A DNA stretch of 62,623 nt, the filler included, from an uncultured bacterium (GTDB taxonomy: Bacteria > UBA8481): assembly GCA_964499705.1 (NCBI GenBank). It is 5 parts of 5 records of this genome, joined end to end, with 100 filler letters (N's around TTAATTAATTAA, not from the genome) between each part and the next. Parts side by side here need not be neighbours in the genome. Positions count along the whole stretch, not along the records: positions 9,043 to 31,321 come from CAZCME010000010.1; 4 more parts are not named here. One strand, given 5' to 3'. Below, in pieces: positions 9,546-19,560 of this stretch. Positions within the stretch are counted from its first letter, which is position 1, and the number at the start of each line of letters is the position of its first letter. The position numbers and the translations under genes were made by a program. The notes beneath the pieces are model-generated. The model was not told the DNA's origin. It made no database searches and saw only the letters and a list, made by a program, of their open reading frames with translations.

Positions 9546-10595
9546 ATGACATCGGCAATTTCAGGAACCATCGTCGCCGTTCAGCACAGCGACGAGCGCA
9601 CGGTGCTGCAGGTAGCATCGGGCGGCAACGGAAGCAAGCGGCAGGACAGCGTCGTCCTGCCCGGACGACGTGAATCGCTCACGTCGGGCAAGGCGGTGCG
9701 GCTCGTCAACTTCGTCCGCTCGCAGGATGGATCGCTCGTTCCAGGCGAGAGCGCCAAGCTCTCCGTCACAAAGCTCGACCCGCCCGCACCGATCGCGGAG
9801 CCCGCGATCGCGCGACCCGAGCCTGCGGAGCAGGAGCAAACTGTCGTCGAGGATCCGGCGCAGACGGCTAACCTCGCACCCGCAAAGTCGGCGGCGATCC
9901 GTCAACACACCGGCGGCCTCATGATATTCAGCGACAAGAAGACACGACGCTCCGTTTTCAATCGCGCCGTCGAAGTCGCTCGCGAGTTCGAAGAGCACAT
10001 CCGCAAGTCCGGTCAGATCATCAAGATTCAGGGCCGCGATTACGTCACCGTCGCAGGATGGTCCCTTCTGCCTGCGTTCGAGTGCGCGAACTGCTACACA
10101 GTCAGCCACACGATCCAGCCCGACGGCACGATCATCGCCGAAGCGATCGTCGAGCGAAACGAGCAGATGGTCTCCCGAGGATTCGGCGCGTGCTCGCAAC
10201 AGGATCGGCCGAAGATCAACGACCGCCTCGCGATGGCGCAGACACGCGCACGAGGATCCGCGCTCAAGGCGCGGTATTCGGTTCTCGTCACTCTCGCAGG
10301 ATACGAGGCGAGTCTCGCGGATGAAGTGGAAGCCGCCGTCGCGCCGGCGCGAGCAGCAACTGCGCCAGTTCACCCGGCACCGGCACCGCAGAAGCCGACC
10401 GCGAAGCAGATCGAGTTCGCTCTGAGCATCTTCGACAACGACCGGTCCGTTCTTCTCCAGGAGGTCGCCAAGACCGGACTCCTCGTCTTCCAGATCGAGG
10501 ACGTCCCCGTCCCGATCCTCAAGGCCATCGTCGAGCGACGCGTTAACGATCGGAAGCGGCAGCGAGCCGAAGCCGCCGCCGCTCAAGCCGCATAG
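9546..10595 (+). CDS. Putative ssDNA-annealing/recombination protein (Rad52/Sak-like core, tentative)
   Basis: AAGGAGG SD; core IKIQGRDYVTVAGW...AMAQTRARGSAL...AGYEASLADEV; Pro/Ala linker and PTAKQI tail motif; lies between ssb and an exonuclease. Confidence 0.5.
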   Translation: MTSAISGTIVAVQHSDERTVLQVASGGNGSKRQDSVVLPGRRESLTSGKAVRLVNFVRSQDGSLVPGESAKLSVTKLDPPAPIAEPAIARPEPAEQEQTVVEDPAQTANLAPAKSAAIRQHTGGLMIFSDKKTRRSVFNRAVEVAREFEEHIRKSGQIIKIQGRDYVTVAGWSLLPAFECANCYTVSHTIQPDGTIIAEAIVERNEQMVSRGFGACSQQDRPKINDRLAMAQTRARGSALKARYSVLVTLAGYEASLADEVEAAVAPARAATAPVHPAPAPQKPTAKQIEFALSIFDNDRSVLLQEVAKTGLLVFQIEDVPVPILKAIVERRVNDRKRQRAEAAAAQAA

Positions 10596-10615
10596 CTCGG
10601 CGAGAAAGGAAGGAG

Positions 10616-10816
10616 GTGATGACCATGTACTCGCCGAGCATCGCGGATGAACACGTCCGCAAGCTCTACCGTATCGCGCGCGTTCGAGGAGTGCCGATGA
10701 CCCGGCTCGTGGACGAGATCGTCGCGGAGTATCTGACGCAATGCGCACAGGAACTCGCCAGCTACGACCCCTCGCTCCACGACCGGCAGTCATCAAAGCT
10801 CAAGCGCGCGGCATAG
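10616..10816 (+). CDS. Small ribbon-helix-helix-like DNA-binding protein
   Basis: GGAGG SD; MYSPSIADEHVRKLYRIARVRGVPMTRLVDEIVAEYL strand-helix-helix pattern. Confidence 0.6.
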   Translation: MMTMYSPSIADEHVRKLYRIARVRGVPMTRLVDEIVAEYLTQCAQELASYDPSLHDRQSSKLKRAA

Positions 10817-10896
10817 AAACAGTCGGCATCGGCCACGCCTCGGCTCTGCTTTTAGCAGAGAGCCGAGGCTCTTACATCTCACAAGGAGGAATCACC

Positions 10897-11658
10897 ATGG
10901 AAACCATGATTCTGCGACCCACGGGCGTTCAGACCTATCTAAGCTGCCCGAGAAAATATTTCTTCGGCTACGTCGAGAACGCCCCGAGACTCGTCTCGGC
11001 CGCGCTCGCGATCGGTAGCGCGTTTCACAAGGCGACCGAGGTCCTCGTCGGCGCGCTCAAAGCCCGCCGGCGTCTGACCGAAGTTCTGCAGGAAGCCGAA
11101 ATCACCCTCGAGGAATCCATCGCCCTCGAGCAGACCCTCGGCGACGCGGATCCCGACGACGACAAGTTCGACACCGCGAAGGATGTCGGCATCAGCCTTC
11201 TCCGCACCGCAGCAACCGCGATCCCCGAAACCTGGGAGCCTGCGATCGTTGAAGGAACCGCAGTGTGCCCGATCACCAATGACATCTCGATCCGCGGCAC
11301 GACCGACCTCGTTCTCACCGACGGCACGATCATCGACTTCAAGACGAGAGCGAGAAAATCCAGCGCCGGCGACATCCGCCGCGATCTTCAGTTCACCGCC
11401 TACGCAATGATCCGCAACCACGCGGACGGTAAGCATGATCAACCGCGCAACCTCGCGATCGTCGAGCTCACCAAGACCAAGATCCCGGCCGTGCACATCC
11501 AGCCGACAAGCCGCACCGCTGAGGACTTCGCTACCTACAAGCAGATCGCCACGAACGTTGCTACCGCGATCAGGGCGGGATTGGATCACCCTTCACCTGG
11601 AATTTTCTGTGGATGTTGCGGTCACCGCAGGCTTTGCCCAATGTGGCGTTGTTCGTAG
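10897..11658 (+). CDS. Standalone Cas4/RecB-like PD-(D/E)XK exonuclease with predicted 4Fe-4S cluster
   Basis: AAGGAGG SD before ATG 10897; SCPRKY, GSAFH, GTTDL, IIDFKT, QFTAY and C-terminal CxxCxxxxxC. Confidence 0.8.
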   Translation: METMILRPTGVQTYLSCPRKYFFGYVENAPRLVSAALAIGSAFHKATEVLVGALKARRRLTEVLQEAEITLEESIALEQTLGDADPDDDKFDTAKDVGISLLRTAATAIPETWEPAIVEGTAVCPITNDISIRGTTDLVLTDGTIIDFKTRARKSSAGDIRRDLQFTAYAMIRNHADGKHDQPRNLAIVELTKTKIPAVHIQPTSRTAEDFATYKQIATNVATAIRAGLDHPSPGIFCGCCGHRRLCPMWRCS

Positions 11659-11772
11659 TCAGTTTGAGATAACGGCGGCCAAAATGGTCACAACACGCCG
11701 GCGCTGAAGACAGCGCGTCAACGATTGCGCCGCCTAAAATGACAGTCGCTCACCCGAAGGCATGATTCGACC

Positions 11773-13485
11773 ATGCTGGCACCAAGGCGGGGAAATATGT
11801 ATCGAGAAAACTTTCCACCTTTCCAACATCACCATTTTACGCCACCATCTTTCACAAACTCTATGAAACACGTCGGCGACATACTGGGTGCGTTCGGTGA
11901 TTTTCCCGGCTACAAAATATTCGACATCAAGCGCGGCGGCTTCGGTATCGTCTACCTCACGTATGAACTTCGTAGATACGCGCTCGACGAAAAGCAATTC
12001 TATGAGCGTCGCGAACGCCTAGGTTGGGGAGCCGATCGCGAATGGCAACCAAAGCCCTGGTGTGTATCAGTCCACAAAACCTTCCGAGAGGATCTTTTGA
12101 CGGAGAGTCTTGCTGAAGAATTTATCAAAGAAGGAAGTATTTGGCTCCGTTTGCCGCAGATTCCTAATGTCGTCGAATTGGAGTTCGTTCAGCGGTTTGA
12201 TGGGACTCCCTATTTAACATGTGAATATGTTCCACCCTCCGGACCAGGGAATAGTCTTCGTGATTGGATTCGGCGAGGTAAAACTGAGGCGAGGCCGGAC
12301 CTTGCCTATCAGATCGCAGTGGGCATGGCTGATATTTCTGCTGCAATGAATACAAAATACGGATTGGAATTCGTCCATTGCGACTTGAAGCCGGACAATG
12401 TTCTGATCAAAAGGAGTTCAGAGCGAATTGGTCCCAAAGTATTGGCGCTAATAAATGATTTTGGACTTTCGAGGCTTGCATACACACACTTTGTGAAAGG
12501 AAAACCGCTCGACTTTCCATTAGGGAACCAGGTTGTCGGAACTCCACACTATATGTCCCCGGAGCAGTGGCTCGGCAGACCATTGTCGAGCCGATCGGAC
12601 ATATATTCTTATGGATGCATGCTTTTTGAAATGTTTACAGGTGGTCCGCCTTTTGAAGGTAGAAACATGGAAGAATTATCGCGCAAGCATTTACTGAAGA
12701 ACTTTGCGCTTCCGAGTGAACTCAACCCATCAGTTCCTCGATACCTCGAAAATATTATCGTAAGATGCCTGTCGAAAGAGCCTTCCGAGCGTTTCTCGGC
12801 GTTCGAAGAGATAGCACGCGAACTTGAAACGGGGGCTTGCGGAGCGCTGGAAAATACACGCAATGGCCTGGCGGCACTCTCGAAACTCTATTCGGAGAGG
12901 CGACACTATACGACACCGAATGGTGAAAGCACGCTTGGTTTTGAGAAATTGATCTCGCAGGCGTGTGGTTTCATCAACCTGCGTTTATTCTCGGAGGCAT
13001 TGACATTCGCTCAGGATGCATTGAACGAGTACCCAAAGATCTGGCTTAGAGGCGAAGGTTATGTGCTTTCTGCTATTGCCTATAGACAATTGAATCAACC
13101 CGAAGAGGAACTTGGCGCACTTGTCGCCGGATCCGCATGGCTCGACTCTAAAATACCGATTGTAATACGGTGGGCGCGCCGGCGCCGCAAATCCACCGAG
13201 CCATGGGAAGATATGCAGTTTTGGTGCTACAAAACGATTCGGCTAATTGAGTCCATGTTCGATATCTATCTCAGAATTCTTCGTTGCTGTGAACAGAGGA
13301 AAGATCGCGATGCGTGCCTAGAGTATTTCTCTGACTTATGCGCACGTCACAAGAATATTTCCGAGGCAATGCTTATCCTCGCAGAATGCCACACGACACA
13401 GTTGGCCCAGCGCATCAAACTGGTCGATCATGTCAGCGAGTCAATGAAAACCGCTCGAGAAATCGTCGGAAAAGTTTCTCTCTAA
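11773..13485 (+). CDS. Hanks-type Ser/Thr protein kinase with C-terminal helical/TPR-like region
   Basis: GGFGIVY, VHK, HCDLKPDN, DFG, GTPHYMSPEQ, SDIYSYG. Start uncertain (11773, 11797 or later). Confidence 0.9.
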   Translation: MLAPRRGNMYRENFPPFQHHHFTPPSFTNSMKHVGDILGAFGDFPGYKIFDIKRGGFGIVYLTYELRRYALDEKQFYERRERLGWGADREWQPKPWCVSVHKTFREDLLTESLAEEFIKEGSIWLRLPQIPNVVELEFVQRFDGTPYLTCEYVPPSGPGNSLRDWIRRGKTEARPDLAYQIAVGMADISAAMNTKYGLEFVHCDLKPDNVLIKRSSERIGPKVLALINDFGLSRLAYTHFVKGKPLDFPLGNQVVGTPHYMSPEQWLGRPLSSRSDIYSYGCMLFEMFTGGPPFEGRNMEELSRKHLLKNFALPSELNPSVPRYLENIIVRCLSKEPSERFSAFEEIARELETGACGALENTRNGLAALSKLYSERRHYTTPNGESTLGFEKLISQACGFINLRLFSEALTFAQDALNEYPKIWLRGEGYVLSAIAYRQLNQPEEELGALVAGSAWLDSKIPIVIRWARRRRKSTEPWEDMQFWCYKTIRLIESMFDIYLRILRCCEQRKDRDACLEYFSDLCARHKNISEAMLILAECHTTQLAQRIKLVDHVSESMKTAREIVGKVSL

Positions 13486-13676
13486 GCGACTCGCTGGGCG
13501 CTCGTCGGGTCCGGCGGAAGAACAGGCGGAATCAGCTGTAACTGATCGTCTGGATGCCGTCCCTATCTCATGTGGCAGGGTTCATTCCTTTGTGGGATAA
13601 TGTTGTTCCATGCGTTCCGCACTCGGCAACAGGATATTACAAGATCCGATTTGGTTCGGATTTGAATGCTTACGCG

Positions 13677-16031
13677 ATGAGTGATCTTTCCCCGGGTATG
13701 CATGTCGCATGGTCAATCGCCGCCTCAGAGGCTACCGCGGCCGGCCATGAGTTCATCGAGCTAGCACATTTGCTTGTCGGGCTACTGAGCTTCGACAAGA
13801 TTCGTGATCGCGATCTTGAGGCGCTGGAACTCGTGGAAGATGATCGCGTCGCTTTTAAAATGGAGCGTACCAAACTTAATGAGTTTCTCATGTCCGTCGG
13901 CGTCGAACCCACGTTACTGCGCCGCCGCGTTCGCAGTGAACTCGGACGCGGCAACGTCGATCGTCGTTCTGCAGGCAAACATCGCAGCAAGGAATGCAGG
14001 TCAGTGTTTTCAGAGGTCGAGTCGCGCGAAATATCTCCGGACGAGGGTACAGCTTGCCTCGTTCTGTGGTCCGCGATCATATTGCATCCAGATGCCTCGA
14101 CCGTGCGCGCCCTTCTAGGATTAAATCTCGCACCAGCAGCACTTCTGTTTGAAGCTACTCCCGTAAGTGACTCTTCGGGTGCTGAGACCCCGCCTCATAT
14201 TGTGGCACCTACTCTCATGAAATACGGTCGCGACCTAACCAAGCTGGCCCTTGCGGGAACCCTTCGACCGTTCGTTGGACGCCGCGATGTGATTCTTCAG
14301 GTCATACAGACGCTCGCCCGGGAGTCGAAGAATAATCCTCTATTAGTGGGCGAACCCGGAGTGGGGAAAACCGCCATCGTAGAGGCAATTGCCCGCAGGG
14401 CTGCTGAGGGTCGTGATCCAGCCGTCCTGGGCGGTAAAAGGATCATAGAGATTAGTATGGGGACACTCGTGTCCGGCACGAAATACCGCGGCGAGTTTGA
14501 GAAAAGAATGACGATGTTGCTGAAGGAGCTGAAAGATAATCCGCATGTTCTTCTCTTCATCGATGAAATTCATACGCTTATCGGAGCAGGTCAGGGTGCC
14601 GGAAACATGGACGCCGCAGATATCTTCAAGCCAGCTCTAGCGCGCGGCGAGATATCTTGCATTGGCGCTACTACCTTAGACGAGTATCGAAAGCACATCG
14701 AAAAAGATCCGGCTCTCGAGCGACGTTTTGAGAAAATTATAGTGCCTGAGCCCTCTCGCGATGAAACGGTGAATATTTTGCAGGGGATACGCGATAAATG
14801 GGAGACGCATCACAACGTCACCATTACGGACGAAGCGATCGAGGCTGCAGTCGACCTCTCTCTAGAATTCGACGCGGATCATCAGCTTCCGGATAAAGCG
14901 ATTGACCTCATTGATCGAGCCTCATCGCGGACGAGAGTGCCGATGCTCTCTTTACGCGCAAATCAGGAGAATGTGATTTCGGAAAAGGCCACTGTCACCG
15001 CCGAGGCCGTCGCTCATGTTCTTGCTGAGAAATGCTCTATCCCACCGGAACTAGTGTCGTCTCATCTTGTGGGAAGCGCCCAGACACGCGTTCTTGGGCT
15101 TGAATTCTTTCTCAAAGCGCGTGTTATTGGTCAAAATCTCGCGATCGAGACGATATGCAATAGCTTGAAAGTAGCGCACGTTGGACTTGGCCGGCGCGCT
15201 GGCCCGCTGGCAGTATTCTTGTGCATCGGTCCGACAGGAGTGGGCAAGACCGAAGTCGCGCGCAAAATGGCTGCGCATCTATTCGGTGATGCCAGCCGCC
15301 TCATCCGATTTGACATGTCGGAGTACATGGAAAAGCACGCGGTATCTCGTCTCATTGGATCACCACCAGGATACATTGGCCATGAGGATGAGGGCCAGCT
15401 AACGGGGTGCCTACGCGCTCACCCATACTCGGTTATCCTCCTCGACGAGATCGAAAAGGCGCACCCGGAGATTTGCGACATCTTTCTTCAACTCTTCGAC
15501 GCCGGTCGTTTAACTGACGCGAAGGGCAGGACGGTAAGCGCACGAAACGCCATCTTCATGATGACGTCTAATATTAGCTCGCGTTCCGAACCTGTTCGCG
15601 CGTTAGGATTCCTCAATGCTGAGCCGAAGGATGAAGTCGCGGAACCCCGAAACGCGCGCGATGGTGACGCTCTCCGTCAACATTTCCGACCTGAGTTTCT
15701 AAACCGCATTACAGAGGTCGTTTGCTTTGGCCCTCTTAACGAAGAATCCACGCGACTGATTCTTCGAATGAATCTGCAGGGTATCCTGGATGTTGCGAAG
15801 AATGATCACGGAATTACATTGCAAATCGACTCCGATGTTGAAGATCTTCTTATGCGAGAGGGGTTCGATTCCCGATACGGCGCTCGCGAGCTTCACCGGG
15901 CGATCGATCGCCTTCTTCGACAACCTCTCGCCGACTTCATCCTTTCCGGACAGAACCGAGAGGCGAAATCGTGCCGCATGACACTGCGGGAAGATCGAAT
16001 CCATCTGATGATTGACCACGGCGGGCGTTAG
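13677..16031 (+). CDS. ClpA/ClpC-type double AAA+ ATPase (Clp N-domain, D1, D2)
   Basis: [74 protein letters not shown] loop. Start inferred at ATG 13677. Confidence 0.9.
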   Translation: MSDLSPGMHVAWSIAASEATAAGHEFIELAHLLVGLLSFDKIRDRDLEALELVEDDRVAFKMERTKLNEFLMSVGVEPTLLRRRVRSELGRGNVDRRSAGKHRSKECRSVFSEVESREISPDEGTACLVLWSAIILHPDASTVRALLGLNLAPAALLFEATPVSDSSGAETPPHIVAPTLMKYGRDLTKLALAGTLRPFVGRRDVILQVIQTLARESKNNPLLVGEPGVGKTAIVEAIARRAAEGRDPAVLGGKRIIEISMGTLVSGTKYRGEFEKRMTMLLKELKDNPHVLLFIDEIHTLIGAGQGAGNMDAADIFKPALARGEISCIGATTLDEYRKHIEKDPALERRFEKIIVPEPSRDETVNILQGIRDKWETHHNVTITDEAIEAAVDLSLEFDADHQLPDKAIDLIDRASSRTRVPMLSLRANQENVISEKATVTAEAVAHVLAEKCSIPPELVSSHLVGSAQTRVLGLEFFLKARVIGQNLAIETICNSLKVAHVGLGRRAGPLAVFLCIGPTGVGKTEVARKMAAHLFGDASRLIRFDMSEYMEKHAVSRLIGSPPGYIGHEDEGQLTGCLRAHPYSVILLDEIEKAHPEICDIFLQLFDAGRLTDAKGRTVSARNAIFMMTSNISSRSEPVRALGFLNAEPKDEVAEPRNARDGDALRQHFRPEFLNRITEVVCFGPLNEESTRLILRMNLQGILDVAKNDHGITLQIDSDVEDLLMREGFDSRYGARELHRAIDRLLRQPLADFILSGQNREAKSCRMTLREDRIHLMIDHGGR

Positions 16032-16114
16032 TTTGTACGGGTTGATTCTTCCGCGCAGAATTCAGATCCCACGTCCATTATTCAACGATCTTCTCGCGCT
16101 TATTTCGTATCGAA

Positions 16115-19100
16115 GTGACTATGGGCCGCGAATACCAATCTCTCGCTGACGTTCCACATAATTGGGAAGTCGGCGATGTGATTCTCGGCCGCTATGAGGT
16201 TCTCGATGTTTTCACAGGTGGCATGGGCAAAGTTTATCGCGTGTTCAGCCGAGATTGGCGTACCGAGCTGGCTGTAAAATCACCGCGTCCAGAACTCTTT
16301 TCGAGCCTGAATGATCGAAACATGTTCGAGAATGAATGCGCCACTTGGATCCGACTCGGGCTGCATCCCAATATCGTTACCTGCTATTTCGTTACTACGA
16401 TCGGTGACGTGCCGCGCGTCTTTTCAGAATTCGTGGCGGGTGGAAGTCTACATGAGTGGATCACCTCGCGACGGCTGTATGCAGGTAGTAATGATGCCAT
16501 TCTGAACAGAGTTCTGGACATCTCTACTCAAACCGCGAGAGGACTTGGCTATGCACATTCCAAGGGCGTCGTTCATCTTGACGTAAAGCCAGCCAATTTT
16601 CTCATAGCGCAAGACATGACTGCCATGGTGAGTGATTTCGGACTTGCGAAAGCACGTGGCATCCAGTCTTCAGGTCATGGGGTGTCAGCTAAGTCTCACG
16701 ACAGCATACTCCTAAGCTCCGGAGGACGAACTCCAGCCTATAACTCTCCAGAGCAGGCCGCTGGATTGCCTGTAACTCGCCGCTCGGACATCTGGAGTTG
16801 GGCAGTATCAGTCATGGAGATGATAGCCGGGCAGGTGTTTTGGAAAGACGGTCGACACGCGGATCAAGCGTTGCAGCATCTCATCAACGGAGGCTTTCTT
16901 GAATCTCAGATTTCCCCGAGGAGAATTCCGCCAGAAGTATGGACACTAGTGAAGAGCTGCTTAGCCTTGAACGAGACCGATAGACCCCACGACTTCGGTG
17001 TTGTCGTCGATTCTCTTGAGAGTATTTACGCCAAATTATCAGGTGCTCCCTATTTCAGATTGCGGCCTACCCAGCCGGAACTGGATGCCTCAACTCTTAA
17101 TAACAAAGCTCTATCCCTATTAGAAATTGGAGGTCTTTTTGCAACGTCAGACCAGTCTGCCTTCTCGACGATCAGCGAGCTCAGGGATCTTTATCCTGAT
17201 TACCGAATCGGCGAATTGAATGAGATTCTAATGCGGTGGCGTCACCTTAGCATGCCGATTGAAGATCTGAACCGACGTATTGATAATGCGATATGTGATT
17301 CTGGAGATGGCGAACTTCTGGACTGGAGAGTTGCGTTAGAATTAGAGACGCACAACACCAAACGGGCAAATCAGTTTCTATCTGAGTCAGATGCGCCGGC
17401 AGAGCGACGGAACGAACTAGCTCAAGAAATCAGTGACCATTCTCTCTATATACGCCGTGCGCTTGAATCTTTCTTCAATGAGCCCATTGAACTTGATGCT
17501 TCTCACGTAGAAGCATTAATAAAGCGCGTTTTGAATTTCGATGAAGAAGAGGACTTTGATTCACCGCACGCGTTTGCAGCCACTGCTATCGGACTCGCTG
17601 TTATACTTGATTGGCGCAATAAGCAGGTCGCACTAGTTGACCTTCGGCGTGCGGCTTGCCTGCGCCGCATTCAGTTGGAACGCAACTACCAAGTAGTCGG
17701 CATCTCTGAAAACGCGCAGCTGTTTGCAATGGCAGGCATCGTGCCTTCCGATGAAAATGATAGCGGATTGTCGCAATATCGACTTGCCGTCCATTCTGGA
17801 CACGATGGTAGATTGCTCGGCAGTATTGACCATGTTTATCTAAACGTCGGCATCCACGAAATCAAGATCGACGCGGTGACGATAGACGACTTTGGCATTC
17901 GGATCAGCTTGTGGTTGAGCCGCGGCAATGATATTTATGAGGCTGTTCATAATTATGACGACGGTGCACTTACACCATACCGAGTCGATTTCAGAGACAC
18001 GGCTCATTTCCAGTATTTCGATAAAGTAGCGATTGATGGATCGGGCAAGTCAATTCTCTTCGTCCAAGGTTCTCGCTGTTCCGTATGGAGTAATCGGTCA
18101 TCGCAGTCGCATAGTGACGCCTTGGTCAATCTATTGGACACCGACTTATCTGATTTTGCGATTGTCGATTCGTGTACGGATGGATATTTCCCGGGCATGG
18201 AGCCGCCGGTAGATATCGAATCGGCCATCACGCCGGCCCGAGTATTCGATCTCCTCAAGCTACTGATCGACTTGAAGCCTGCTCGATCTACTCATTATCT
18301 TATTTGTCGCCCCGCCAGTATGAATCTGCTTCTCCAACGTCGCCGCGAGCGGGACATTCTTCTCGTTCGTGCGCATGAGGCAGAGCTTAGCAATGACACG
18401 CGAGCGGCTATCGACTACTTATCGCAATGCGCCAGACTTGGGGACAAAGACAGGGAACAGATCTTGGCCAGGCGCCATGCCTTGTTGCGCAAAAAGCAGC
18501 CCATTCGCCTCTCGAATGCCTGGCATGAATCCAGCCACGACGAATATTGGCGCGGCAATATCTTTGGCTTGGATACCACACCTCATAATACGATGGTGTT
18601 TCAATGTTTGCGCGGATTAGAGACTCGTCCACTGCCTTCGCTGCAAGCAAGGAGCGAAATCGCGTTGCCGTTTCACAAAGAGCTACTGATAGGCATTGCG
18701 AAGCTTCCGAATGGAGAGATTCTCGTTTATCGGCATCAACAAGAGGAGCCGTATAGAAATTGGATCTCAGCAACTTCCTTGAATGATGCGCATGAACTTC
18801 ATCACGCTTGGGAGATCGAGCTTGGGGCTGGCCCGGGATGGAATTGGCCGCGCCGAAAGACCTTGCTTATCCGAAATCGACTATTCGTCGAGATAGGGGC
18901 AGGCGTTGTGTGCCTTATCGATCCCGAGGATGGTCGCATTAGACAATCGATTCCGGCCAAAGGCGCAACCGCGAACTTTCTGAAACAGGTTTCGGGGCCT
19001 CGCGGCGAAATCCTCGTTTTCATTTCCTACTCGCCCTGCGGCTTCGAGATTGTCGACTTAGAAGGGCGAGCATTCACTATCCCGGGAACTGCCGTTGAAT

Positions 19101-19528
19101 TACTTAATCGAGACGGATGGATGATCGAGGATATTTCACCTGATATGTCCGCGACTGTGGTCCAACAGAAGGACACCGGTAACCTGCGGGTTTTGCGTTC
19201 ATCGGCGGAGGAATCGCTTGATTTATGGACCATTGATGATTTTACCAAGCATTCGAGAGGTTTTCTGCGGGCTATACCCTATTACGTGTCTATTTCTCCG
19301 TGCGGACGAGCGGTCGCATTCATTTTCTCATGCACCCTTCGAATTGTGAACGCTGTTTCCGGCGCTACGATATTGGACTGGAATTATCCGTGGGGAAAGA
19401 ACGGGCCGCTAATGTTCGACCGCACAAGTCGATGGCTGACGTGTGTTCATAGCGACAACAAATTCGAACTATTTCAGCTCTACTGGGACATCGCTGAGAA
19501 GGAAGAACGAGCTGTCAAGAAGGGGTAA
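16115..19528 (+). CDS. Large Ser/Thr kinase with TPR segment and beta-propeller-like C-terminal region
   Basis: GGMGKVY, AVK, HLDVKPAN, DFGLAK, TPAYNSPEQ, SDIWSW; LNNKALSL TPR-like segment; beta-rich repeats (VAIDGSG, DISPD, SISPCG, FDRTS) ending LYWD. Confidence 0.85.
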   Translation: MTMGREYQSLADVPHNWEVGDVILGRYEVLDVFTGGMGKVYRVFSRDWRTELAVKSPRPELFSSLNDRNMFENECATWIRLGLHPNIVTCYFVTTIGDVPRVFSEFVAGGSLHEWITSRRLYAGSNDAILNRVLDISTQTARGLGYAHSKGVVHLDVKPANFLIAQDMTAMVSDFGLAKARGIQSSGHGVSAKSHDSILLSSGGRTPAYNSPEQAAGLPVTRRSDIWSWAVSVMEMIAGQVFWKDGRHADQALQHLINGGFLESQISPRRIPPEVWTLVKSCLALNETDRPHDFGVVVDSLESIYAKLSGAPYFRLRPTQPELDASTLNNKALSLLEIGGLFATSDQSAFSTISELRDLYPDYRIGELNEILMRWRHLSMPIEDLNRRIDNAICDSGDGELLDWRVALELETHNTKRANQFLSESDAPAERRNELAQEISDHSLYIRRALESFFNEPIELDASHVEALIKRVLNFDEEEDFDSPHAFAATAIGLAVILDWRNKQVALVDLRRAACLRRIQLERNYQVVGISENAQLFAMAGIVPSDENDSGLSQYRLAVHSGHDGRLLGSIDHVYLNVGIHEIKIDAVTIDDFGIRISLWLSRGNDIYEAVHNYDDGALTPYRVDFRDTAHFQYFDKVAIDGSGKSILFVQGSRCSVWSNRSSQSHSDALVNLLDTDLSDFAIVDSCTDGYFPGMEPPVDIESAITPARVFDLLKLLIDLKPARSTHYLICRPASMNLLLQRRRERDILLVRAHEAELSNDTRAAIDYLSQCARLGDKDREQILARRHALLRKKQPIRLSNAWHESSHDEYWRGNIFGLDTTPHNTMVFQCLRGLETRPLPSLQARSEIALPFHKELLIGIAKLPNGEILVYRHQQEEPYRNWISATSLNDAHELHHAWEIELGAGPGWNWPRRKTLLIRNRLFVEIGAGVVCLIDPEDGRIRQSIPAKGATANFLKQVSGPRGEILVFISYSPCGFEIVDLEGRAFTIPGTAVELLNRDGWMIEDISPDMSATVVQQKDTGNLRVLRSSAEESLDLWTIDDFTKHSRGFLRAIPYYVSISPCGRAVAFIFSCTLRIVNAVSGATILDWNYPWGKNGPLMFDRTSRWLTCVHSDNKFELFQLYWDIAEKEERAVKKG

Positions 19529-19560
19529 GAAATGATTCGGGATCACGTATTGTTCTCTCA

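Noticed and set aside
10897-11658. Cas4-like gene as evidence of a CRISPR-Cas locus
   Set aside because: No repeat-spacer array or other cas genes seen in the window.
13526-13661. Small hairpins between kinase and Clp genes (ATCAG-CTGTAA-CTGAT; ATCCGA..TCGGAT)
   Set aside because: Stems of 5-6 bp are expected by chance; the loop resemblance to the Tyr anticodon lacks any other tRNA feature.
13677-16031. Clp ATPase as T6SS ClpV or housekeeping ClpB
   Set aside because: No T6SS genes nearby, no middle coiled-coil, and an LGF loop is present.
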